Assembly: GCA_050250895.1 (NCBI GenBank)
Contig: JBFWNU010000003.1
Coordinates: forward strand, 363,302-427,301
Direction of reading: 5' to 3'
Source of the DNA: Vulcanimicrobiota bacterium
GTDB taxonomy: Bacteria > Vulcanimicrobiota > Xenobia > Xenobiales > JADMJV01
Length of the DNA stretch: 64,000 nucleotides
Shown here: positions 1 through 8,097 of the stretch, piece by piece
Layout: every line of letters begins with the position of its first letter
Numbering within the stretch: position 1 is the stretch's first letter
The notes under the pieces: model-generated
Seen by the model: only the letters and a program-made list of their open reading frames with translations
What the model was told of the DNA's origin: nothing
The model's database searches: none
Position numbers and translations under genes: made by a program

Positions 1-330
1 TGGCTAAACCAGACTGTGCGGCGCACACCCACCGGACGATAGCGAGCAAGTGTTCGTCCCGGGGCGGCGGAGGCCGGGACTTCCAGCTGGAAGTGGCCCC
101 GCCTCTGGCTGGGCCAAGCCGCCGCCGCGAGCCGACGCGGGTAGGTTGTGCGCCGCACACCAGCCAACCCACGTTGTGCGGCGCACACTTGCGCCGTACA
201 CTGGCTAAACCAGAGTGTGCGGCGCACCCACCGGAGGATAGCGAGCAAGTGTTCGCCCCGGGGCGGCGGAGGTCGGGACTTCCAGCTGGAAGTGGCTCCG
301 CCTTTGGCTGGGCCAAGCCGCCGCCGCCGA
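1..330. repeat. GC-rich intergenic repeat cluster (family A, GTGCGGCGCAC/GTGCGCCGCAC hairpin units), ~200-bp unit present twice
   Basis: 1-128 recurs at ~202-326; shares GTGCGCCGCAC and GAGCAAGTGTTCG (reverse complement) with the arrays at 21245-21730 and 22875-22975. Confidence 0.85.
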
Positions 331-441
331 GGGCGAGGCCGCGGACCGGGCCAGCGGTAGCCGACGCGGGTCAGGTCAGGCAAGGCTCACGACCTTCGCG
401 CGGAAGTGACCAACCGCCCGAAGCCACCTTCCGGCGGGAAG

Positions 442-1878
442 TTAGGCGACCAGATAGCCGTCTTCGGGTAGGCCTTGATCGAGGGGGTCTTCGCCGCGTT
501 CGACGGCCTGGGCTTGTTCGTATTTGACCACACCCGAGGCGATCGAGTCGGCGATGCGCTGTTGGAAGGCATCGTCGCCCAGCAGGCGCTCTTCGATGGG
601 GTTCGAGACGAAGGCCGTCTCGACGAGAATGCCGGGCATGCTGGTGTTCTTGATGACGTGGAAGTTGGCGCGCTTGACGCCGCGGCCTTCCAGGCCAAGC
701 TGGTCGACCATGTCGCGATGCACTTCCCGAGCCAGGGCCTGGGATTGGCGACTGGCGTCCTTGGACACCCAAACCTCGGTGCCATGGGCGGCCGCGTTCT
801 CAGCTGAGTTGCAGTGCACGCTGATGAACAACTCGGCCGGCCAGCGGTTGGCCAGGGCCACGCGAGCGCGCAGATCCTCGACCTGGCTGGGGTTGCCGGG
901 AGCCACGGTGGCATCGGTCGTGCGGGTCATGCGCACTTCGGCGCCCAGCGCCTGCAGCTTGTCGCGCAGCTTGAGCGACACGCCCAGGGTCACGTCTTTC
1001 TCGTTGACACCGGTGGGGCCGATGGCTCCGGCGAACTTGCCGCCGTGGCCGGGGTCGAGCATGATGCGGGTGCCGGCCAGAGGCTGGGCGGCCGTCTCGA
1101 AGAAGCCGGTCACCCGGTCGGGATAGCTTGCCATTTCACGGTATTTCGCCGCGGCGCGGCTGGCTCCGAAGGTGTCCTCGACGGCCTTGTAGAGGGGGGT
1201 AGTCCTGGGGTTGGCGCGGTCGCCCACCAGGTTGCTCCAGTCGCGGGGGTCAAGGCCGTCGTCGTAGGCCTGGGCCATGGCTCTGACGACCGTGCTGGCG
1301 CCGCCGTTGTAGCCGGCTAGAGCCAGGGTCTGTATCTGCTCTTCGCTGGGCTTGCCGAAGCGTTCGAAGTACTTGGCCACCTTTTCGCCCCACTCGCGAT
1401 TGGTGGGAGGGTTGTAGATGTAGCCGAACTTCTCGCTCAAGACGGCCACGCCCACGGGCAGGCTCTTGTCGGGCGAGAGGCGCTCGTCGCGAGGGCTCAG
1501 CTTGAGCCCGAAAGCCTTGGCGGTGCCGGGCATGAGTTGCACCAGGCCGACCGCTCCTGCGCCGCTGCGGGCGCGGGGATCAAAACCGCTCTCGGCTGCC
1601 ACCAGAGCCTTGAATAGGCGCGGGGGCAGGGGATGATCCGCATGTTCCCAGCGGGCCTCTACAGCCTGGGCGATGCTCTGGTTGAACTGGTTCTCACGAC
1701 GGCCGAAGCCCCAGTTGGTTTCCAGAGGATCGGTGGTGATGAAGGGCTCCCATGGATAGTCGATGGGTCCCGGTTCTTCGGGGTCCGAAGTGACGGCCTT
1801 GCGGGCGTCAAAGCTCGGCGGCTCGAGTGGATCTCGAGCGATACGTTGGTTGAGATTCAAAACTGGCGTGGATATCAC
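442..1878 (-). CDS. Lytic transglycosylase (SLT) + N-acetylmuramoyl-L-alanine amidase (Amidase_3) fusion
   Basis: AESGFDPRARSGAGAVGLVQLMPGTA and ALAGYNGG (SLT); IMLDPGHGG, NEKDVTL, FISVHCNS, ILVETAF (Amidase_3); GTG at 1878 after GGAGG. Confidence 0.9.
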   Translation of the reverse strand: MISTPVLNLNQRIARDPLEPPSFDARKAVTSDPEEPGPIDYPWEPFITTDPLETNWGFGRRENQFNQSIAQAVEARWEHADHPLPPRLFKALVAAESGFDPRARSGAGAVGLVQLMPGTAKAFGLKLSPRDERLSPDKSLPVGVAVLSEKFGYIYNPPTNREWGEKVAKYFERFGKPSEEQIQTLALAGYNGGASTVVRAMAQAYDDGLDPRDWSNLVGDRANPRTTPLYKAVEDTFGASRAAAKYREMASYPDRVTGFFETAAQPLAGTRIMLDPGHGGKFAGAIGPTGVNEKDVTLGVSLKLRDKLQALGAEVRMTRTTDATVAPGNPSQVEDLRARVALANRWPAELFISVHCNSAENAAAHGTEVWVSKDASRQSQALAREVHRDMVDQLGLEGRGVKRANFHVIKNTSMPGILVETAFVSNPIEERLLGDDAFQQRIADSIASGVVKYEQAQAVERGEDPLDQGLPEDGYLVA

Positions 1879-2077
1879 CGCGTCCTCCAAGAATAGATAG
1901 GAACAATGGCCCCTGTCTGTGTGTAGAGAACCCTCCTGCTTGGTGATGAGCTTGGTAGAGAAAAGGTATCCCAGGTGCGGTCGCTGTCTGTTGCCGCTGT
2001 GTTAACAAGTGCCCTTGCCCGCAGGAAGCTCCCATGGGTTGGCAGAATACTTTGCAATGCAAAGTATAGGAGGTCGC

Positions 2078-2554
2078 ATGAATCTCGTAGTCTTTCCCAA
2101 TCGGGTTCATACTCATCGACAAACCTTTTTGACGGACTATCGTCACCAGTTCATCGACGTGACCGATATCGCGGTCGAGCAGTTGGAGCGCACCCAGTTT
2201 GGCTTCGGCAGCCTGGTGGTCTTTTCGCAACACACTACGGCTGGCGTCATCATCAACGAGCACGAGCCGCTCTTGCTGGGCGATCTACGAAGGTGTCTGG
2301 ACGAGTTCGCCAGCCCCAATCGCTACTATGCCCACGACGACCTCACCCAACGAACCGTGAACCTGGTCGAGAACGAGCCGGCCAACGGCCACTCTCATTG
2401 CCAGCAACTGGCGGTGGGCTGCTCGCTGACCGTGCCCATCCTCGATGGCAAGCTGGGGCTGGGTCAATGGCAGCGCATCTTCTTGCTCGAACTCGACAGT
2501 CCCCGTGAGCGCAAAGTGCTCTTCCACTACCAGGAGCTGTTTCGACCAGAGTAG
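2078..2554 (+). CDS. yjbQ: YjbQ family (UPF0047) protein
   Basis: HTTAGVIINE, YAHDD, NGHSH, LGQWQRIFLLELD motifs; AGGAGG before ATG 2078. Confidence 0.9.
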   Translation: MNLVVFPNRVHTHRQTFLTDYRHQFIDVTDIAVEQLERTQFGFGSLVVFSQHTTAGVIINEHEPLLLGDLRRCLDEFASPNRYYAHDDLTQRTVNLVENEPANGHSHCQQLAVGCSLTVPILDGKLGLGQWQRIFLLELDSPRERKVLFHYQELFRPE

Positions 2555-4366
2555 TTAGCGGACGGCGTCGAAGTCGATCCAGCCCCGCTCGACGTTGACC
2601 GAAGACAGTTCGACCTGTAGCTTCTGGCCAACGCGGGCTTTGCGCAGGCCTTCGAGCTTGCCTTCGCAAGGCGGGTTGCCGATGCGGCACCAGACCATGC
2701 CGTCTTTGACGCCGCTGACCACGGCCCGGAAGGTTTCGCCGATGCGATCCTCGAGCATGGTGGCCACGGCCGCCTTGTCGGCCGCGCGCTCGGCCTTCTG
2801 AACCACCCGCTCTTTTTCGGACAGGTTCTCGGCGATGGCGCGGAGTTCATCGGCGCTGTAGGGGCTGGGCTCTCCGGCCAGGGCAGCTTTGAGCAGGCGG
2901 GCGATGATGCGATCACCGCCGCGGCGGATGCTGGCCGTGCACTGGCTGTAGTTGTCGGCGCCCAGAGCGAAGTGGCCGGGGAGGGGCTCGTCGGGCATGA
3001 CCGCCTGGTAAGAGCCGCGACCGATCAGTTTGATGATGGTGAAAGACAGTTCTTCGGACTCTTCGGGGTGGAGCCGGCGCTGCTCGACCAGGAAGTCGTT
3101 GAGGGCGCGCGAGTCGGGCTGGTTGGGCAGCTTGACCTTGTGCTCGGCAGCCACCTCGACGATCTGGTCCCACTTCTCGGGCGGCAGCACCACCCGCTCG
3201 AGGGTCGGGTAACCCTTGGAGCGCAAGAAGCGCGACATGACCGAGTTCGAGGTGACCATAAGATTCTCGACCATGCTGGTGGCCAGATTCTTGATGCCGT
3301 CTTCAACCCGCACCGCATCGCCATTTTCGGTGATGATCTTCTTTTCGTTGCTCTCGAAGTCGACCGAACCGCGGGCGGCGTCGATGCGCTGAGCCGCTTC
3401 GCTCTGGAGCTGCAGGTTCTCGAGCATGGCCTGGCCGCCAATCTGCATGCCGGGCGAGGGCTGGGAATTGCCCTCGAGCCAGCCACCCACGCTGGCGTAG
3501 TCGAGCTTGGCCTGGCTGTTGACGATGCCCTGATAGACATCCTCGTCCTTGATTCTTCCGTCGGCAGAAACGGTGTATTCGATGATGGTGGCCAGCCGGT
3601 CTTCACGCGGGTTGAGCGAGATGACGTCTTCGGCCAGCTCGGGCGGAATCAGGTTGAAGACCTTGTCGGGGGTGTAGATCGACGAGGTATTGACGTCCAT
3701 GTGCTTGTCGACGGCCGAGCCTTTGGGCACGAAGGCATCCACATCGCTCACGGCCACCCACACTTTGATGTCGCCGTTGGGCAGCCGTTGGGCGCCCTGG
3801 AGCTGGTCGATATCACGCGAACTGACGTTGGCTTCGGGATCGGCAGCCAGCTTGGCCGGGTCCATCTTGGTCCAGAGGGTGCCGTTGTCGACCGACATCA
3901 TAGGGATGTGGCGCATGTCCCGTACCCAGGGCTTCTTGGCAGCCTCGGGCAGGTTGTAGACTCCGGGCGAAGGACGGACCTGGGCCATGATGTCGGCCAC
4001 TTGCTGCTGGACATCTTTGGGATAGTCCGCGGCCAATCCGTAGCTGCCCAGGATCTTCGAGGCCAGAGCCTTGAGGTTCCAGCGGCCATCGGGATACTTG
4101 AGCTGGGCCACGGCGACCGAGCCCTGCAGGCCACCCGAACCGGCGGCGGCGATGCTGCCGTAGCTAACCCCGTCGTGAAACTGGGGATTGTCGCGGAGGT
4201 ATTTTCGGCCTTTGGTGTTGGGGCCCTTGGGGCCGTAGACCTTGTGGTTGCCGTGCGATTGTCCGCGTTCGACCCGGTCGTTTTGACCGTGATCCCCTCC
4301 TTTGCGCCGGGTGCGATTTTTGCGGCCGGCCGAATGGACGGAGGGGTTGCGCGGATCGATCTGCAT
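2555..4366 (-). CDS. RNB-domain ribonuclease (RNase II/R family) with low-complexity N-terminal leader and C-terminal S1-like domain
   Basis: SSRDIDQL, WVAVSDVD, ISLNPREDRLA, VENLMV, GHFALGADNYSQCTASIRR, VNVERGWIDF; AGGAG before ATG 4366. Confidence 0.85.
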   Translation of the reverse strand: MQIDPRNPSVHSAGRKNRTRRKGGDHGQNDRVERGQSHGNHKVYGPKGPNTKGRKYLRDNPQFHDGVSYGSIAAAGSGGLQGSVAVAQLKYPDGRWNLKALASKILGSYGLAADYPKDVQQQVADIMAQVRPSPGVYNLPEAAKKPWVRDMRHIPMMSVDNGTLWTKMDPAKLAADPEANVSSRDIDQLQGAQRLPNGDIKVWVAVSDVDAFVPKGSAVDKHMDVNTSSIYTPDKVFNLIPPELAEDVISLNPREDRLATIIEYTVSADGRIKDEDVYQGIVNSQAKLDYASVGGWLEGNSQPSPGMQIGGQAMLENLQLQSEAAQRIDAARGSVDFESNEKKIITENGDAVRVEDGIKNLATSMVENLMVTSNSVMSRFLRSKGYPTLERVVLPPEKWDQIVEVAAEHKVKLPNQPDSRALNDFLVEQRRLHPEESEELSFTIIKLIGRGSYQAVMPDEPLPGHFALGADNYSQCTASIRRGGDRIIARLLKAALAGEPSPYSADELRAIAENLSEKERVVQKAERAADKAAVATMLEDRIGETFRAVVSGVKDGMVWCRIGNPPCEGKLEGLRKARVGQKLQVELSSVNVERGWIDFDAVR

Positions 4367-4465
4367 GGAGACTCCTGAGTTTAGGATGGATAAAGGTTTG
4401 CCATCGGGCCTCGGGGATCCCCCTGGGCGGGCCGGGGCCTGGCCGCTTTGGCGCAATGTTAACTT

Positions 4466-5650
4466 TTAACCGAGGTAGGCTTCGAGGGCGTCAATCAGAC
4501 CCCGGGAATCTCCCTGAAGATGATCCTTGAAGGCCTGACCAAACTCGCTGATGCCGTCGCGTTCGAGAGCCTCGGCGGTGGCGGCCAGATGAAAAGCGGG
4601 CACCCCGTCGGCCAGGGCGGCCAGCGCCAGGTCGCCCACCCAGCGGTGGGGGTTGGCGTCGAGGGGGTCCAGGTCGAGGGCGTTCTCGGCCAACTCGGCA
4701 AAGAGGCCTTCGAGCTCTTCGAGCAGCCTGACTTGAGCCGAGGGGACGGCGCTTTCCAGGCCACGCAGTCGCTCGATGGCCTGGTCGAGGCGGGGCAACA
4801 GTTGGCCGCGAGCGGTCAGATTGACCAGCAATCGGTCCCGGTTGGTGCGCCAGAAGTCGGCCAGGGCAGGCCAGTGGTGCCGGGTCCAGTCCGAGAGAAG
4901 CTCAGGGTCGGCCGGGCCCTCTTCGAGTTCAGCCAGCAGTTCCTGGACGTGGCTGCCAATTACGGGAACATACCCGTGCAAGCTCTGTTCCAACTCGCGC
5001 TCCCAGGTCTGCAGGTGAGCCAGCAGGCTACCGCCCTGGGCCAGCCCCACCAGGGCCGCCTGCAAATCGTCGCCGCCCAGGGCGGCAAAGCCCGAGGCGA
5101 GGCGATCGATACCGGTCAGGATGGCCCGGCGAACCTCGTCGGGCAGTTCGGCTTCGCCGGCCTTAAAGCACTCCACCAGGCGATCGACCTCGGCCACCGC
5201 CTGGTCGCGAAAGGTGTTGAGCAAGCTCGGCTCGGCCCGGCCCTGCAGGACGGCCAATCCAGCCACCAGCAACTGGTTGAGGGGCTCGATGGAACTCTGG
5301 CGATTGCTTTCGCGCAGGCCGCGAAAACGGTGCAGCTCGCGAAAGAGGATAAAGGCCGCTTCGGTGGCTGGGCGGGCCTGCCCGGCCTGGATGTGACTCT
5401 CGAGAGCTTCGAGTTGCGTTTCGGCTAACCTGAGACGCTCGGCCTCGGCCTCGTTGAGGGTGAACTGGTGGAGTTCGCGCTCGAGTCGAGCTTTCCATTC
5501 GGGCCAGTTGCCGGGGCCATTGGGGAGAGCGTCGAGCAGTCGAGCCAGAGCCGGGGGGAGGGGGACGATCTGAGGGTCGCCGGGTGCTTGGAGGCCAGGC
5601 TGGTTGGTTTGGCCTCCAAGCACCTGTTGCAGCATCAGTTCATGGCGCAT
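4466..5650 (-). CDS. Hypothetical all-alpha protein
   Basis: 394-aa ORF with typical codon usage, Leu/Ala/Glu-rich, fits between flanking genes. Confidence 0.7.
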   Translation of the reverse strand: MRHELMLQQVLGGQTNQPGLQAPGDPQIVPLPPALARLLDALPNGPGNWPEWKARLERELHQFTLNEAEAERLRLAETQLEALESHIQAGQARPATEAAFILFRELHRFRGLRESNRQSSIEPLNQLLVAGLAVLQGRAEPSLLNTFRDQAVAEVDRLVECFKAGEAELPDEVRRAILTGIDRLASGFAALGGDDLQAALVGLAQGGSLLAHLQTWERELEQSLHGYVPVIGSHVQELLAELEEGPADPELLSDWTRHHWPALADFWRTNRDRLLVNLTARGQLLPRLDQAIERLRGLESAVPSAQVRLLEELEGLFAELAENALDLDPLDANPHRWVGDLALAALADGVPAFHLAATAEALERDGISEFGQAFKDHLQGDSRGLIDALEAYLG

Positions 5651-5687
5651 AGGCTGGTAGTGTTGGCCAGGTGTGTGCGGTTAGCCT

Positions 5688-6362
5688 TCAGGCGTTGGGT
5701 CGGTTGAAGAGGAAATCGAAGCGGGGGCTGGTCTGGAACGTGTGGTTCCAGGGGTTGAGGAAGTCCAGACGCTGGCCGTTGGGCAGGCTGTCGAGGCGAT
5801 ATGACTGCCAGATGTTGAGATTGGCCGGCAGACCGGCGTTGGGGGGCAGGTCGTGGACATTGATCTTGCCGGGCTGGACCACGGCCCCGCCGGCTCGCTG
5901 GAGTTCCCACTGAGAAAGGATTCCGTCGCGGTCCTGGTCCATCGAGCGCGCCTGGAAATAGTTCTGGAAGCCCTGGAAGAACTCGCCGAAGTCGACGTTG
6001 CCATCGCTGTTGACGTCGAAGTCGCCGCTGAAGGCTTTGAGCAGATTGCGGCTTTGAGCCACCTCCTGGTCGCTGTACTGACCGTCGCGATTGAGGTCAA
6101 AGGCCAGATAGCCATCCTGTTTGGGGTTGAATTTGCCGTTGCCGTCGAGGTCCAGGCCGTAACCCAGGGTGGGACCGTGGTAGTGGGGATCGCGAGGCGA
6201 GAACGCGGCGTCTTCGAAGCCGAAGCGGGTCTGCTGCCAGCCTCCCCAGATCGGGGTGGGACGATCCGGATTGGGAAGATAGTTGGCAACCTGGCCGGGG
6301 TTGGCGGGGGCCGGCTGAGGGGCGATGGGGCTTTGGAAGGTGTAGGCGTTGGCGTTCAGCAT
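5688..6362 (-). CDS. EF-hand-like (DxDxDG) calcium-binding repeat protein with Pro/Gln-rich leader
   Basis: DLDGNGK, DLNRDGQ, DVNSDGN, DQDRDGI loops; GGAGGAG before ATG 6362. Confidence 0.8.
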   Translation of the reverse strand: MLNANAYTFQSPIAPQPAPANPGQVANYLPNPDRPTPIWGGWQQTRFGFEDAAFSPRDPHYHGPTLGYGLDLDGNGKFNPKQDGYLAFDLNRDGQYSDQEVAQSRNLLKAFSGDFDVNSDGNVDFGEFFQGFQNYFQARSMDQDRDGILSQWELQRAGGAVVQPGKINVHDLPPNAGLPANLNIWQSYRLDSLPNGQRLDFLNPWNHTFQTSPRFDFLFNRPNA

Positions 6363-6447
6363 CTTGTGGTCTCCTCCGTGCGGGTGTCTTGTTGACCTCA
6401 AGATACCTCAGGGGTTTCCACCGATCGCCCAAAGGGCCCGAAAGATG

Positions 6448-8097
6448 TTAACGGTTTGTTACAATCGGGAATCGGGCCGAGAAGCTGGCTCCGCCCAGCG
6501 GGCTGGCGCCACAAACCAGCTGTCCTCCAAACTCGGCGGCCGCCTGGCTGGCCAGGAACAGTCCCAAACCGGTTCCTTCCCCTGAGGGACGGGTGGTGAA
6601 GAACGGCTCGAAGACCTGTTCGCGCAATTCGGCCGGCACGCCCGGGCCGCTGTCTTCCACCGTCAGTTGGAGCTGGTCTGGTTGGGCGTGGGCCGCGATG
6701 TGCACCTGGCGTTCATCCGAATCGGCCACCGCTTCGATGGCGTTGAGCACCAGGTTCGAGAGCAGGCTGAAGAACTGATGGCGATTGCCCTCGAGCTGGG
6801 CGTCGGCGTGGCAATCTACGGTCAGGTTGGCTTTGACCCGTTCGATGCGATAGTCGAGCAGGTCGAGAGTGTCCGCGATGACCTCGGCCACGGCAAAGCG
6901 TTCTCGAGCTTCTGGTTCTGCTGGTCGGGCATAGTGCAACAACCGCTGGACGCTCTTGCGAGCATTTTCGGTCGAGCGCACGATGGCCTCCAGGCGCTCC
7001 CGAGCCCGCTCGGGTTGGTCTGGCAGATAGCGCTGGGCCACCTCGGCGCTCAGCTGGATGGCTCCCAGCGGGGTGTTGACCTCGTGGGCCACCCCGGCGG
7101 CCAGCCGACCCATGGCGGCCATGCGGCTCGACTGCACCAACTGGGCCTGAGAACGCCGGGTCTCTTCCAGGGCCTCGACCACTTGCTGATGGAGCTCGGC
7201 GTTCTCCCAACAGGTCGAAAAGATACGACCCAGAATCCGCAGCAACTCCTCCTGGGTGGCGCTGGGCTCGGATTCGAGCAACAACACCCCGCGCTGGGCC
7301 GGCAGTTCCAGGCTTCTACCCTGGGGGGGCTGCTCGCCAGCCAGATAGACCCGGCCGGTCACGCCGCAGCCCTGGATGGCTCTGGCCAGGGCCGAGCGCA
7401 GTTTCTCGGGCTCGAGACTGGTCGACATCAGGTTGGCCGCTTTGAGCAGCACCGAAAGTCGCTGGGCCCTCTGGCTGGCTTCTTGCTGGCGCAACTGGCT
7501 GTGTTGCAGGGCCCGGCGCAGTTTGCCCAGCAGCGGACCCGCCTCGTCGCGGCCCCGTCCCGCCGCCACCAGCAAGGGAAAGACCAACAGCAGCAAGAGC
7601 AGATGGAGCTCGACCAGTTCGAGGATGGCCAGGGCCAGACCGGGAGCGCACACCAGAGTCAGCAGGTTGAGCCGCAGTAGAGGGCGGCGCGGTTCCAGCG
7701 CCAGGGCTGCAAGGGCGAACCCAAGGCAGGCGCTGAGACTGGCCATCAGCCCCTCGAGAGGGATAGCCACCACCACCCCGGCGGCCAGGGGAGCGACGCT
7801 GCGGAACAGATCCGAGGGTAGAGCTCGGGCCTGCTTGCCGGTGCTGAGCAAGGCCAGGGCCCCCACCAGGCTGACCACCAGGCCGGCTACCCCACCGGCC
7901 GGACCGAGCAAGGTCATGGCCAGGGCCACCACCACCGAAGTGCGACTCGACTCGCGGTCTTGCAGCAGCACCAGATCCAGAGCCAGCGCCATCAGGGCGA
8001 AGGCCAGCAACGCGGGAGCGGCGGGGCCCAGGCCGGTTTTTACGAGCCAGGCGACTGCCGCCACCAGCAAACCCAGCGCCGTCAGGTCCTGGATCAC
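6448..8097 (-). CDS. Membrane sensor histidine kinase
   Basis: Multiple N-terminal TM helices; GVAHEVNTPL H-box, NLVLNAIEA N-box, DSGPG, FEPFFTT, GTGLGL. Confidence 0.92.
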   Translation of the reverse strand: MIQDLTALGLLVAAVAWLVKTGLGPAAPALLAFALMALALDLVLLQDRESSRTSVVVALAMTLLGPAGGVAGLVVSLVGALALLSTGKQARALPSDLFRSVAPLAAGVVVAIPLEGLMASLSACLGFALAALALEPRRPLLRLNLLTLVCAPGLALAILELVELHLLLLLLVFPLLVAAGRGRDEAGPLLGKLRRALQHSQLRQQEASQRAQRLSVLLKAANLMSTSLEPEKLRSALARAIQGCGVTGRVYLAGEQPPQGRSLELPAQRGVLLLESEPSATQEELLRILGRIFSTCWENAELHQQVVEALEETRRSQAQLVQSSRMAAMGRLAAGVAHEVNTPLGAIQLSAEVAQRYLPDQPERARERLEAIVRSTENARKSVQRLLHYARPAEPEARERFAVAEVIADTLDLLDYRIERVKANLTVDCHADAQLEGNRHQFFSLLSNLVLNAIEAVADSDERQVHIAAHAQPDQLQLTVEDSGPGVPAELREQVFEPFFTTRPSGEGTGLGLFLASQAAAEFGGQLVCGASPLGGASFSARFPIVTNR

